Shown one piece after another: positions 44,633 through 54,292 of a DNA stretch of 64,000 nucleotides. Under the pieces are notes generated by a model that was not told where the DNA came from, did no database searches, and was given only the letters and a program-made list of their open reading frames with translations. Positions within the stretch are counted from its first letter, which is position 1. Each line of letters begins with the position of its first letter. Source of the stretch: a virus (lineage: Duplodnaviria; Caudoviricetes); IMG/VR virus record IMGVR_UViG_2844540631_000002, positions 1-64,000 of that record; one strand, written 5' to 3'. The translations under genes were made by a program, and so were the position numbers.

Positions 44633-45364
44633 ATGGACCCCTCTGGCCTGTCGTCGCTGGTGGATGTCGTCATCGAATCCGCTCGGGCCCACGCTCGAAT
44701 TGAGTACCCACGCGAGTCGTGCGGCCTCGTGGTGCTTGTGAATGGCATGCCACAGTACGTCGCGTGCCGTAATCAGGCCGAGGGGCAGGCCCACTTCATC
44801 CTCCACCCGGAGGACTACGCGCGGGCGGAGGCGGAAGGGGAGGTGGTGGCGGTGGTGCACTCCCACCCCAACGCGGCCCCGGAGCCGAGCGAGGCGGACC
44901 GCGTCAGCATGGAGCGCTGGGGCCTGCCCTGGCTCATCGTCAACGTGCCCGTGGGCCACTGGCGGCTGTGGCACCCCACCGGGTACCGGCCGCCGCTGGT
45001 GGGCCGCCCCTTCAGCCACGGCGTCCTGGACTGCTTCTCCCTCATTCGCGACTACTACCAGGAGCGGCTGGGACTCGAGCTGCCCGACTTCCACCGGCCG
45101 GACGGCTGGTGGGACAAGGGCGGCAACCTCTACCTGGACGGGTACGCCGAGGCGGGCTTCGTGGACGTCACCGGCCAGGCGCTGCGCGAGCATGACGTGC
45201 TCCTCATGCAGCTGCGCGCGCCGGTGCCCAACCACGCGGGCGTCTACCTGGGGGCGGACGTCGTCCTCCACCACCTCCAGAATCGCCTCTCTGGAAGGGA
45301 GACGTACTCGGGCTTCTGGGAGCGAATCACCCGGAAGGTCGTCCGACACCGCACCCTATGCTGA
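44633..45364 (+). CDS. Tail assembly protein K-like (JAB + NlpC/P60)
   Basis: ESCGLV...VHSHP...PSEAD JAMM motif; LDCFSLIRDYY...NHAGVYLG..HH NlpC. Confidence 0.92.
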   Translation: MDPSGLSSLVDVVIESARAHARIEYPRESCGLVVLVNGMPQYVACRNQAEGQAHFILHPEDYARAEAEGEVVAVVHSHPNAAPEPSEADRVSMERWGLPWLIVNVPVGHWRLWHPTGYRPPLVGRPFSHGVLDCFSLIRDYYQERLGLELPDFHRPDGWWDKGGNLYLDGYAEAGFVDVTGQALREHDVLLMQLRAPVPNHAGVYLGADVVLHHLQNRLSGRETYSGFWERITRKVVRHRTLC

Positions 45365-46431
45365 CAACGGTGGTACTCGGAGGGCCGCTGGGCCGGCACT
45401 TCGGCCGCGTCTGGCGGTTGGACTTGAGCGTGCCTTCGCCCGCCGAGGCCGTGCGCGCCCTCTCGGCGGTGTGCGAGGGCTTCGCGCGGTATCTGGTGGA
45501 GCACAGCGAGCCGGGCTTCCACGTCTTCGTCGGCAAGCGCGACGTGGGCCAGGACGAACTGGCGCGCCCGGCTGACGCGCCCGTCATCACCGTCATTCCG
45601 GCCCTGGCCGGGGCGAAGGTGGGCGTCTTCCAGGTGGTGATGGGGGCCGTGCTCATCGCAGGCGGCGCGGTGCTCTCGGCCTACGGCTTCGGTGTGGGTA
45701 CGCCCCTCATCACCATGGGCGCATCCCTGGTGGTGGGCGGTGTCTCGCAGATGCTCTTCGCGCCGCCCGCACCTGCGGCCCCGGACGAGGAGCCGAAGAA
45801 CAAGCCCAACTACGCCTTCAACGGGCCGGTGAACACGCTGGCGCAGGGCCACCCGGTGCCCATCTGCTACGGCGAGCTGGAGGTGGGCAGCTGCGTCATC
45901 TCCGCGGGCATTGTCACCGAGTGGAGCGAGGGCGGCGGCTTCGGTGGCAAGTACGGCAGCGGGCAGACGGGGCCGGGCGGGCAGGGACCCTCGGGCGGTG
46001 GGTGTCCGGCACCATGGGTGCCCATTCTCCTTGCGGACGGGCGGGAGGTGCCCGCCGGCGAGGTGGAGGTGGGCATGCGCGTCCTCACCCAGCACGAGAC
46101 GACGCTGCGGTGGGGCGCGTACCTCGTCACCGACGTGGCCCTCTTGGAGGCGGAGTGCTGGCGGTTGGAGCTGGAGGACGGCCGCGCCTTCGTGGGCACG
46201 TACAACCACCGCGTGCGCACCGAGGCGGACTGGGTGGAGCTGCGGCACCTAGTGCCCGGCACGCTGCTGCTGGGCGCCCAGCCCGGCGTGGTGCGGGAGG
46301 TGGTGGCGTGCGGACGTGGGCCGGTGGTGCGCATCACCGTGGACGGGGCGCACACGTACCAGACGCTGAGCTTCCTCTCGCACAACGCCAAGCGCGCAGA
46401 CCCGGAGGCACCGCATGAAGTCGAAATCTGA
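45358..46431 (+). CDS. Tail assembly protein I-like (ubiquitin-like) fused to a C-terminal Hint domain
   Basis: LGGPLGRHFGR...VIPALAGAK; NYAFNGPVNT.AQG.PVP..YG; then GGG|CPAP...LADG...GTYNHRV...SHN. Confidence 0.88.
   Translation: MLTTVVLGGPLGRHFGRVWRLDLSVPSPAEAVRALSAVCEGFARYLVEHSEPGFHVFVGKRDVGQDELARPADAPVITVIPALAGAKVGVFQVVMGAVLIAGGAVLSAYGFGVGTPLITMGASLVVGGVSQMLFAPPAPAAPDEEPKNKPNYAFNGPVNTLAQGHPVPICYGELEVGSCVISAGIVTEWSEGGGFGGKYGSGQTGPGGQGPSGGGCPAPWVPILLADGREVPAGEVEVGMRVLTQHETTLRWGAYLVTDVALLEAECWRLELEDGRAFVGTYNHRVRTEADWVELRHLVPGTLLLGAQPGVVREVVACGRGPVVRITVDGAHTYQTLSFLSHNAKRADPEAPHEVEI
46003..46386 (+). other. Hint (intein/BIL-like) autoprocessing domain
   Basis: Cys1 at 46003; block B-like TYNH; terminal His-Asn at 46381-46386 followed by Ala. 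Confidence 0.8.
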
Positions 46432-48931
46432 GCTGGGCCCCGTCATCGGCTACGGCGGGGCGAATGGGGGCAAGGGCGGTGGCGGCGCGCAGCGCACGCC
46501 CGTGGAGCTCCCGGACACGCTGAAGTCCACCAACTACGCCCGCGTGCTGGACTTGCTCTGCGAGGGGGAAATCGTCGGGCTCGTGGACAAGCTGAAGTCC
46601 GTCTACCTGGACGGCGTCGTCGTCCAGAATCCCAACGACACCTACAACTTCCGCGACGTCACCCTCTACGACGTGCAGGGGACGCAGGGGCAGGAGTACA
46701 TCCCTGGCTTTCCCTCCGCGGAGGCGGAGTTCTCCGTCAACACGGAGGTGAAGCGCTACGAGCCCGTCGTCCGCACCGTCAGCGACGCCAACGTGGACGC
46801 GGTGCGCATCACCGTGCAGGTGCCGCAGCTCACCTTCCAGAGTGCGCTCACCGGCGACTTGATGCCGTCCATGGTGCTCATCGGCATCGACGTGCAGAGC
46901 AACGGCGGCGGCTTCGTTGAGCAGGACCTGGAGGGAGCGGGTGTCATCGCCGGCAAGTGCACCAGCCCCTACGAGCGGACGTACCGTGTGGAGCTCACCG
47001 GCAGCGCGCCGTGGGACATCCGCGTGCGGCGCCTCACCGCGGACAGCACGCAGGCCAACCTGCAGAACAAGACGCTGTGGAAGTCCTACGCCACCCTCAT
47101 CGACGAGAAGCTCAGCTACCCCAACAGCGCGCTGGTCGCCCTCCAGGTGTCCGCGCACCAGTTTCAGGCGGTGCCCACGCGCTCGTACCGGATTCGGGGC
47201 CTGAAGGTGCGGGTGCCCAGCAACTACAACCCGCTGACGCGGGAGTACTCGGGCACGTGGGACGGCACCTTCAAGGTGGAGTGGACGGACAACCCTGCGT
47301 GGTGCTTCTACGACTTGCTGACGACGCGGCGCTACGGCCTGGGCCGCTTCCTCAACGAGGGGCACGTCGACAAATGGGGCCTGTACACCATCGGCCGCTA
47401 CTGCGACGAGTTGGTACCGGACGGGAAGGGCGGCCAGGAGCCGCGCTTCCGCTGCAACCTCTACCTCCAGTCGCAGGCGGACGCGTACCAGGTGGTGAAC
47501 AACCTCGCCTCCGTCTTCCGAGGCATGACGTACTGGGCCAGCGGCGCGGTGTACGTCGCCCAGGACGCGCCCCGGGACGCCGAGTACCTCTTCACCCCGG
47601 CCAACGTGGTGGACGGCCTCTTCACGTACTCCAGCAGCGGCCGGCGTGCGCGCCACACCGTCGCGCTCGTCACCTGGAACGACCCGGCCAACCACTACAA
47701 GTCCGCGAAGGAGTACGTGACGGACGAGGACGGCCTGCGCGAGTACGGCTACAACCCCACCGAGGTGGTGGCGCTGGGCTGCACCTCGCGCGGCCAGGCG
47801 CAGCGGGTGGGCCGGTGGCTCCTCTTCACCGAGCGGCTGGAGACGGAGACGGTGGTGTTCCGGACGGGCCTCGAGGGCGCCCTGCGCAACCCCGGCGCGG
47901 TGGTGAAGCTTCAGGACCCGTACCGGGCCGGCCGCCGCTGGGGTGGGCGGGTGGTGGCCGCCACCGCCACCCAGGTAGAGCTGGACGCGGACGTCACCCT
48001 TGAGGCGGGGAAGACGTACTCCCTCTCCGTGGTGATGCCGGACGGGGCGGCGGTGGAGCGCGAGCTGGCGCCCGCGGCGCCGGCGCCGTACCGGGCCCTC
48101 ACCGTCGCCACGCCCTTCCCCGTGGCGCCCGCCCGGAATGCCGTCTGGGTGCTCGCGGCGTCCGACTTGGCGCCCACGACGTGGCGCATTCTCAGCGTGG
48201 CCGAGGTGGAGCCGCACCTCTACGAAGTCACGGCGCTGCGCCACCACCCGGGCAAGTACGACGAGGTGGAGCTCGGCGTGAAGCTGCAGCCGGTGCCCAC
48301 CTCCGTGCTGCCTTCCTCGGCGCCACCCGCGGACCTCGTGCTGGGGGAGAGCCTCTACAAGACGACGAATGGCGGGTTGAAGGTGTCCCTCAACGCCCGG
48401 TGGGCGCAGCGCCCCAGCGCCACCGAGTACGTGGTGCGCTGGCGGGTGGACGGGGGCAACTGGACGACGGTGACGGGGGTGCAGTCGCACTTCTGGGAGT
48501 TGCTGGACATCAACCCCGGCGCGTACTCCGTGCAGGTGGCGGCCGTCCTCAACGGCTTCGTCACCGCCTATTCCGAGGCCTCCCTCAACGTGCGAGGCAA
48601 GCTGGCGCCACCCTCGGACGTCGTGGGCTTCGGCTACACACTCAACGGCAACACGGCCACGCTGCGGTGGACGGAAATCCCGGACCTGGACCGGGACACC
48701 TACGAGCTGCGCTACGGCGGGACGAATTGGGACAACGCCACCCCCATCTCGAAGGTGCGCGCCACCGCGCACGAATGGCCCGTGCCTGGGCCTGCGGACC
48801 ACGTCGTGCGCGTGAAGGCCATCGACACCACGGGCAATCCCTCCACCAACGACACCACCGTCACCGTCCGCGCGGCGCCCACTACGCCCGCGTCCGTCAC
48901 CATGACGGTGTCCTCCACCCCTCCGCCGTAG
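46415..48931 (+). CDS. Host specificity / tail tip protein J-like
   Basis: DLLCEGEI.GL...TDNPAWCFYDLLT..RYGLG...EPRF.CN.Y; FN3 repeats at the C-terminus. Confidence 0.93.
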   Translation: MKSKSELGPVIGYGGANGGKGGGGAQRTPVELPDTLKSTNYARVLDLLCEGEIVGLVDKLKSVYLDGVVVQNPNDTYNFRDVTLYDVQGTQGQEYIPGFPSAEAEFSVNTEVKRYEPVVRTVSDANVDAVRITVQVPQLTFQSALTGDLMPSMVLIGIDVQSNGGGFVEQDLEGAGVIAGKCTSPYERTYRVELTGSAPWDIRVRRLTADSTQANLQNKTLWKSYATLIDEKLSYPNSALVALQVSAHQFQAVPTRSYRIRGLKVRVPSNYNPLTREYSGTWDGTFKVEWTDNPAWCFYDLLTTRRYGLGRFLNEGHVDKWGLYTIGRYCDELVPDGKGGQEPRFRCNLYLQSQADAYQVVNNLASVFRGMTYWASGAVYVAQDAPRDAEYLFTPANVVDGLFTYSSSGRRARHTVALVTWNDPANHYKSAKEYVTDEDGLREYGYNPTEVVALGCTSRGQAQRVGRWLLFTERLETETVVFRTGLEGALRNPGAVVKLQDPYRAGRRWGGRVVAATATQVELDADVTLEAGKTYSLSVVMPDGAAVERELAPAAPAPYRALTVATPFPVAPARNAVWVLAASDLAPTTWRILSVAEVEPHLYEVTALRHHPGKYDEVELGVKLQPVPTSVLPSSAPPADLVLGESLYKTTNGGLKVSLNARWAQRPSATEYVVRWRVDGGNWTTVTGVQSHFWELLDINPGAYSVQVAAVLNGFVTAYSEASLNVRGKLAPPSDVVGFGYTLNGNTATLRWTEIPDLDRDTYELRYGGTNWDNATPISKVRATAHEWPVPGPADHVVRVKAIDTTGNPSTNDTTVTVRAAPTTPASVTMTVSSTPPP

Positions 48932-48940
48932 AGAGAAAGC

Positions 48941-50845
48941 ATGCGCTCACGCGAAAAAGAGCTTCAGGGCGGCATCGACGTGGACGTCACGCCGGGCGAG
49001 CCGAACCCCCGTCTCCTCAAGCCGCGGTACTTCGACATTCGCTGGGAGCACGTCGAGACGCTGCCCACGCACCTCCTGCTGGGCTTCAGCGTGGCCGTCT
49101 ACGAAGGGGATGACCCCAACAACACGGACGCCTACCTCCTGGAGCCAGTGCGCGTCGGCCCCTCGGAGCGCCGCACAGTGGTGTCGCTGCGCGTGGCCAC
49201 CACGGTGGAGGTGAAGTGCGCCGTCCAGGCCCTGTACTCCAACGGCACGCAGAGCAGCTGGCGCGTCCTCGGTGGCGCGGTGGCGGCGGACCCGGACATG
49301 GTGAAGCTGGCCACCGCAGACTTGAAGAATGTCCCCGCCGCGGCCGCGCAGGCGGCGTCCCGGAATGCCGTGGGCGCCTTCACCGAGTCCTTCGAGCGCT
49401 CGCCCTTCGACTTGGGCAACTGGGAGCGCAACCCATTGCTGGCACCGCCGGCAGTGTCCCTCGTCTCCGGCCAGGGCTATTCCGGGGGCAACGCCCTGCG
49501 GTGCACCAACGCCGTGTGGATTTACTCCACAGTGAAGCTGCCGTACGACCCGTCGAAGCTGTACCGCCTGCGCTGCCGCGTGCGTCAGTTTCAGGAGCCC
49601 ACGTCCGGCGGGAAGGCGGTGTACTGCGGATTGGTGGGCTGGGCGGCGGACGGCGTCACCATGGTGAACGCGGCCGGCCTCAACGACTTGGGCAGCCAGC
49701 ACTACTACTGCATCTCCGGCGCGCTGCTGCCGGCGTCCACCGGCTATAGCGAATTCACCGGCTGGGTGAAGGGACTGTCCGCCAACGTCACGGAGAACTG
49801 GCCCTCGCAGGACCCGCGCAACCCCCGGCCCATGCACCAGGCCACGCGCTACGTGTCCCTGGTGCTCATCGCCAACCTGGACGCCGGCAACGGCGTGACG
49901 GACTTCGACTCCGCAGTGGTGGACGTCTTCGACGAGTCGGCCACCCCGCGCGTGTACACGGCTCTCAACCCGGACGGGAGCATCAGCTACAACGTGGGCA
50001 TCTCCGATGGGAGTGGGGCGCCGCGTACCATTGCGAAGGGCCGCCAGGCGCAGCTCGCCGCGCACGGGGCCTATGTGGCCTTCAACCCGCCGTTTCAGAA
50101 CACGCCCATGGTGCTTCTGCGCGGTGGCCTCACGCACGAGCCGCGGGCGAAGTGGGGGGCCACGGGCAGCGGAAACGAGACGGGGGCCTACAACGCGGCC
50201 CTGCCGACGTATGACGACACCCAGGCGATTATGAATGGGGGCAGCGGCTTCACCCTGCGCGCTCGACTGCGCCAGCGCGGCGGCACCGTCACGGCCCGGA
50301 CGAACAACCCCGCCAGCTCGTCCAACCTCGCCACCGGCATCGGCTCCACGGTGGAGGTGGTGCTCAGCAACGCCCCGGCGACGAACGACCAGTACGCGCT
50401 CCGTTTCAACGCCATCATCTACCTGCTCACGCCGCCGCGCACGGGGGACCTGGGGGCGGGTGGGAGCTGGGAGCCGGGGTCGGCCGTGGGCAGCATCGTC
50501 GTAGCGCTGGACAGCCTGGACGTGGGGCAGTCCTGGGTGGAGCGCGCCACGGTCACGCTCTGGGCCAACTCCAACAACAACACAGTGAACTGGGTGCAGT
50601 CCGTGAACACGCACATCGGGGAGGTACTGACGGCGGCGGCGCCGGGCCTGGGCGCGGCGGACAGGCTGCGCCTGCGCATCAAGTCCGTGTCCGTGCCGAC
50701 GGGCAGCAACCAGCCCACCGCGCACGTCTGGCACTCCAGCGTGGATGCTGGGGCGGGCGTCACCTACAGCACCTCGACGGACCAGTACGCCTCGAAGACG
50801 CCGGACGTTGGGGACGTGCTCTACTGGGAGGCCTTGGACGCATGA
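48941..50845 (+). CDS. Tail fibre / receptor-binding protein
   Basis: FN3-like start, carbohydrate-binding-like PYDPSKLYRLRCRVRQ module, beta-rich C-terminus; follows J. Confidence 0.75.
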   Translation: MRSREKELQGGIDVDVTPGEPNPRLLKPRYFDIRWEHVETLPTHLLLGFSVAVYEGDDPNNTDAYLLEPVRVGPSERRTVVSLRVATTVEVKCAVQALYSNGTQSSWRVLGGAVAADPDMVKLATADLKNVPAAAAQAASRNAVGAFTESFERSPFDLGNWERNPLLAPPAVSLVSGQGYSGGNALRCTNAVWIYSTVKLPYDPSKLYRLRCRVRQFQEPTSGGKAVYCGLVGWAADGVTMVNAAGLNDLGSQHYYCISGALLPASTGYSEFTGWVKGLSANVTENWPSQDPRNPRPMHQATRYVSLVLIANLDAGNGVTDFDSAVVDVFDESATPRVYTALNPDGSISYNVGISDGSGAPRTIAKGRQAQLAAHGAYVAFNPPFQNTPMVLLRGGLTHEPRAKWGATGSGNETGAYNAALPTYDDTQAIMNGGSGFTLRARLRQRGGTVTARTNNPASSSNLATGIGSTVEVVLSNAPATNDQYALRFNAIIYLLTPPRTGDLGAGGSWEPGSAVGSIVVALDSLDVGQSWVERATVTLWANSNNNTVNWVQSVNTHIGEVLTAAAPGLGAADRLRLRIKSVSVPTGSNQPTAHVWHSSVDAGAGVTYSTSTDQYASKTPDVGDVLYWEALDA

Positions 50846-51252
50846 CACTGTGGAAGCCGAAGACGCTGAAGGACCACCTCGACGCTCGGCGTACCCGCTC
50901 GGCGCCCGCATCTCTCCGCGCCATGACGGGCGAGCCGGCGCGTGGGCCCGCGGGGGAGATACTGCGCCCCACGGAGGTGGAAGAGCCGGAAAATCCGCTG
51001 CGGCCGTGCCCGTGTGGCCGCCGGCAGCAGGCGGACATGATGGCGGACGTGTCCATGGTGCCGCCCGCGACGCGCGAGGCGTGGGGGCTCGTCCCGGACG
51101 CGGACTTCGTCTGTGACGGCTGCCTCAACGGGATTCACCTGCGCGGCTTCGCCACCCGTGAGGAAGTCCTGGAGGTGCTCGGTGCGCCGAGGCCCCTCCT
51201 GCAGTTCGTCCGCGTGGCGCGACTCCGCTCGGGCGTCGGCTCTGGCATGTGA
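50842..51252 (+). CDS. Hypothetical protein with CxC...CxxC motif
   Basis: RPCPCG...FVCDGC; coupled to the fibre gene. Confidence 0.6.
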   Translation: MTLWKPKTLKDHLDARRTRSAPASLRAMTGEPARGPAGEILRPTEVEEPENPLRPCPCGRRQQADMMADVSMVPPATREAWGLVPDADFVCDGCLNGIHLRGFATREEVLEVLGAPRPLLQFVRVARLRSGVGSGM

Positions 51253-51339
51253 GGTGTTTGGTGTCCTGTAGGAAAGTGCGCGTTCGCCTGCGCTCGCGTG
51301 CCATTCAATAGTCGGCGCGCTGGGTGTGTGCTTCCGCGC

Positions 51340-52080
51340 ATGCCCGCCCTCTCTCGTTGCGTACCTCTTCGGCCGTTCGGTTCCGAGCCCAAGGAATGGC
51401 CGCAGCATTTGGACTTGCCACCTTGCGAGTACTGCGGGGGGCCGTGGCACACGCTCGCAAGGCGATGGGGCGAGCACCTGGGGAACCCCACGGAGCTGCG
51501 GGAAAACATCCTCGCGGGCCGCAAGGCGAAGGAGCACCCCTGGTACACGGGGCGCTGGTCCATCGCCGCTCACCACCTTATCTGCTCCGAGGCCATGGCT
51601 GAGGATGCTCCGTGGGCGCCGCTCTGCCGGGACTTCGGGTATGACATCAACCGGCGAGAGAATGGCGTCATGCTGCCGATGGTGATGGCCGTCGCCTGCG
51701 AACTCCACGTGCCGATTCACAAAGGCCCCCATGCAGGGGGCTGGGCCTTCGACATGAACCTCGCGTACCCAGATGCCGTGAAGCGGCTGCTGGCGGGCGT
51801 TATCGAGAAGGCCGTGAGTGGCAGTTTCTGCCCGAAGCCCGAGGGGCTTACGGCCAAGATGGACCGAATAAGCCGCACGATTCTGGGGAAGGTGGCCAGC
51901 GGGAAGTGGACCCTCACGACGGATGGGTTGGACTACCTTCCTGGAGGGCAGGGGTGCGCGGGCTCGACGTCTATTCAGGACAAGCCACGTCGGCCGTGTC
52001 CTGCCGGCCGGAGGCATCGGACAATGCACCCAGGCACTGGGACGGCACTCCAGCAGCGGGCGCTTCAGGTGGGAGAGTAG
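51340..52080 (+). CDS. AHH-family (HNH/EndoVII) nuclease toxin; start uncertain
   Basis: IAAHHLI...YDINRRENGVMLP...HKGPH...Y. Confidence 0.82.
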   Translation: MPALSRCVPLRPFGSEPKEWPQHLDLPPCEYCGGPWHTLARRWGEHLGNPTELRENILAGRKAKEHPWYTGRWSIAAHHLICSEAMAEDAPWAPLCRDFGYDINRRENGVMLPMVMAVACELHVPIHKGPHAGGWAFDMNLAYPDAVKRLLAGVIEKAVSGSFCPKPEGLTAKMDRISRTILGKVASGKWTLTTDGLDYLPGGQGCAGSTSIQDKPRRPCPAGRRHRTMHPGTGTALQQRALQVGE

Positions 52081-52082
52081 CC

Positions 52083-52661
52083 ATGCAAGACGACTACTTC
52101 GTCCTCGAGCGCGCGCGTTCCCAGCAGCATCCCCTGCTGTCGTGGGACCAGGAGTGCCTTCCGTTTTTTCGGCCCAGTCCTGTGAAGGTTGCAGCGCCCG
52201 TCAAGCTGAAGCTGGGCGAGCCGGTCCCGCCCCGGCCCGTCATGGCTGACTTTCACAGCCTGCCGGCGCCTGTCGTCTCCACGCGGCTGAAGGATTCCTT
52301 CGAGGCGGCGGCTCTGCCAGGAGTCCAGCTCGTTCCCGCGGACGTGCAGGTGGGCGACTCCGTGTTGCGCTACTGGCTGGTCCACATGTGGCGACGGCTT
52401 CCCTGCATGGACAGAGAGCGCTCGCGCTTCGAGTTCGACGAGGACGGAGACCTCCTGCTGAGCCTCGACCGGCTGTTCCTCGACGAGGCGGTGCTCGGCA
52501 AGATGCCGCTCAAAGAGCGTCTGGCCTTCCGACTCGCGGAGTCCGTAGTCCACCTCTTCCACCGCACGGTGGTGGACCGGGTACTCGCCCTGACGCCACC
52601 GCCGGAAGGGCTGCGCTTCATCCCCGTGGCGGAGTGGGGGGACTCGTCGGCGTTCCGCTGA
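52083..52661 (+). CDS. Imm11 / DUF1629 immunity protein
   Basis: PVVSTRLKD...GVQLVPADV...YWLVH...CMDRERS...L.LDE...FRL; directly after the AHH gene. Confidence 0.78.
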   Translation: MQDDYFVLERARSQQHPLLSWDQECLPFFRPSPVKVAAPVKLKLGEPVPPRPVMADFHSLPAPVVSTRLKDSFEAAALPGVQLVPADVQVGDSVLRYWLVHMWRRLPCMDRERSRFEFDEDGDLLLSLDRLFLDEAVLGKMPLKERLAFRLAESVVHLFHRTVVDRVLALTPPPEGLRFIPVAEWGDSSAFR

Positions 52662-52771
52662 CGTGGCCCTCCCGCGCGCAGCTCGCGACACCGAGTCCAG
52701 ATAGAGTGGCGTTCCGCCGATTCTCTGGGCTCACCGGACGGCGTCCTCGCATCCCGTGACGATGCGGCCTC

Positions 52772-53218
52772 ATGGAGCTTTCCCCCGAGGCCGCGGTCGT
52801 CATGTTCGCGGTCAGCAACATCGCCGGCCCGCTGCTTACCCAGTTGCTGTCCCGCCGGAGCACGAAGGCGGAGGCGGCCGTTGAGCAGGTGCCCGTCCTG
52901 CAGCAGCGCCTGAATGCGCTCGAAGAGCAGGAGTCCGCCTCCAGCCAGGTGCCCCTCCTGGTGCAGCGCATGGAGACGGTGGTGGAGGGGGTCAACGAAA
53001 TCAAGACGGAGCTGCGCGTGGTGCGGGAGCACGACTCGCTGCTTCGTCTCATGGAGCAGCGGGTGCGCGCGCTGGAGGTGTGGCGCGCGGAGGTCGTCCC
53101 CAAGCTCGACCGCTCCGTCAGTGAGACGCACCTGCTGATGGGCGAGCGCAACGCGCGCCAGCTCCAGCACTCGGCCAACCTCGTGGAGCCGCTGAAGGTG
53201 GCGAGGCCCACGCCGTGA
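52772..53218 (+). CDS. Membrane-anchored coiled-coil protein (lysis cassette)
   Basis: N-terminal hydrophobic segment plus heptads; upstream of endolysin. Confidence 0.6.
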   Translation: MELSPEAAVVMFAVSNIAGPLLTQLLSRRSTKAEAAVEQVPVLQQRLNALEEQESASSQVPLLVQRMETVVEGVNEIKTELRVVREHDSLLRLMEQRVRALEVWRAEVVPKLDRSVSETHLLMGERNARQLQHSANLVEPLKVARPTP

Positions 53219-53307
53219 GCCTTCGCCCTCCGCGCGCGCTCGCCGCGACCTTCGCGGTGGTGGCGCACCGCGCTTCCCTTTCACCCGAAGTACCCCAGGA
53301 GCACTGC

Positions 53308-53661
53308 ATGTCCCAGCCATACACTCCGCCTTCCGAGCTCGTTTCCGCCGCCGAACAGTCCGTGGCCAGCGCGAGCCCTGAGTCCCTGGCCCAGGCCGAA
53401 CGCCTGTACGTCGCCTACGGCGGCGTGACGGGCGGCCGCTCCGCCGTGACGGGCGCGACGCTGCCCCAGTTCTCCGCCTGCTCCGTGCTGGTACGCGCGG
53501 GCTGGCTCGCCGCGGTGCATGCGGTCCTGGTCCAGGACCAGACGGCGTCGGAGCGTCCGCCCCAGCCGACTCCGGAGCACGTCTGGGACGCCTTCGCGCA
53601 CCGCTGGTACCTCCCCGGGGCGAAGGGGCCGGCCATCGGCCGCTCCTCCGTCGGCGCGTAG
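53308..53661 (+). CDS. Hypothetical protein
   Basis: SD AGGAG before ATG 53308; AERLYVAYGGVTGG. Confidence 0.6.
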   Translation: MSQPYTPPSELVSAAEQSVASASPESLAQAERLYVAYGGVTGGRSAVTGATLPQFSACSVLVRAGWLAAVHAVLVQDQTASERPPQPTPEHVWDAFAHRWYLPGAKGPAIGRSSVGA

Positions 53662-53700
53662 CCCTCGTCGCCCCTGGCGTCCTCTTTCCCTGGAGTTCCC

Positions 53701-54225
53701 ATGTCCCAACTCCCCGCTCGTCTCTCGCGTTGGCTCCCCACCGTGGAGCCCATCGCCGCGCTGTACCGCCTGGACCCGCTGCTGGTGCTCGCCATCATGG
53801 ACAGAGAGTCCCTGGGTGGCGACGCGCTCACGCCCAAGGGACCCAGCGGCACTGGGGACCACGGCCACGGGCGCGGCCTGATGCAGGTGGATGACAGGGC
53901 CCACAAGGGCTTCGTCGCGGCCGTGGACGACCTGGGCCGGCCGCTGTGGCAGGACCCGGCCGTCAACGTGCTGTACGGCTGCCGCCTCCTGCGTCGCAAT
54001 CTGGACGCACTGGACGGCTACGTGGTCGGCGCTCTCGCGGCCTACAACGCGGGCCTGGGCCGGGTGCGCTCCGTGCTCGCACGCCTCCCGGCCGATGCCA
54101 CAGATGCACACCGCCTGGTCATGGTGGACAGCGTCACTACCGGGCAGGACTACGCCAGAGACGTCCTCTCGCGGCGCGAGCGCTTCGCTGGCTCCGCGCC
54201 CACGCCCGCTGCGTCTGGTGCCTGA
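53701..54225 (+). CDS. Endolysin, lytic transglycosylase (SLT) family
   Basis: LAIMDRESLGG catalytic Glu, GLMQVD, ALAAYNAG, DYARDV. Confidence 0.9.
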   Translation: MSQLPARLSRWLPTVEPIAALYRLDPLLVLAIMDRESLGGDALTPKGPSGTGDHGHGRGLMQVDDRAHKGFVAAVDDLGRPLWQDPAVNVLYGCRLLRRNLDALDGYVVGALAAYNAGLGRVRSVLARLPADATDAHRLVMVDSVTTGQDYARDVLSRRERFAGSAPTPAASGA

Positions 54226-54292
54226 GCGTCAGCGCACTCGTTTCCGCTCGGCGTCTCGGCGCCGGGCTTCCCCCGCAGTCAGGAGTCCTCGT

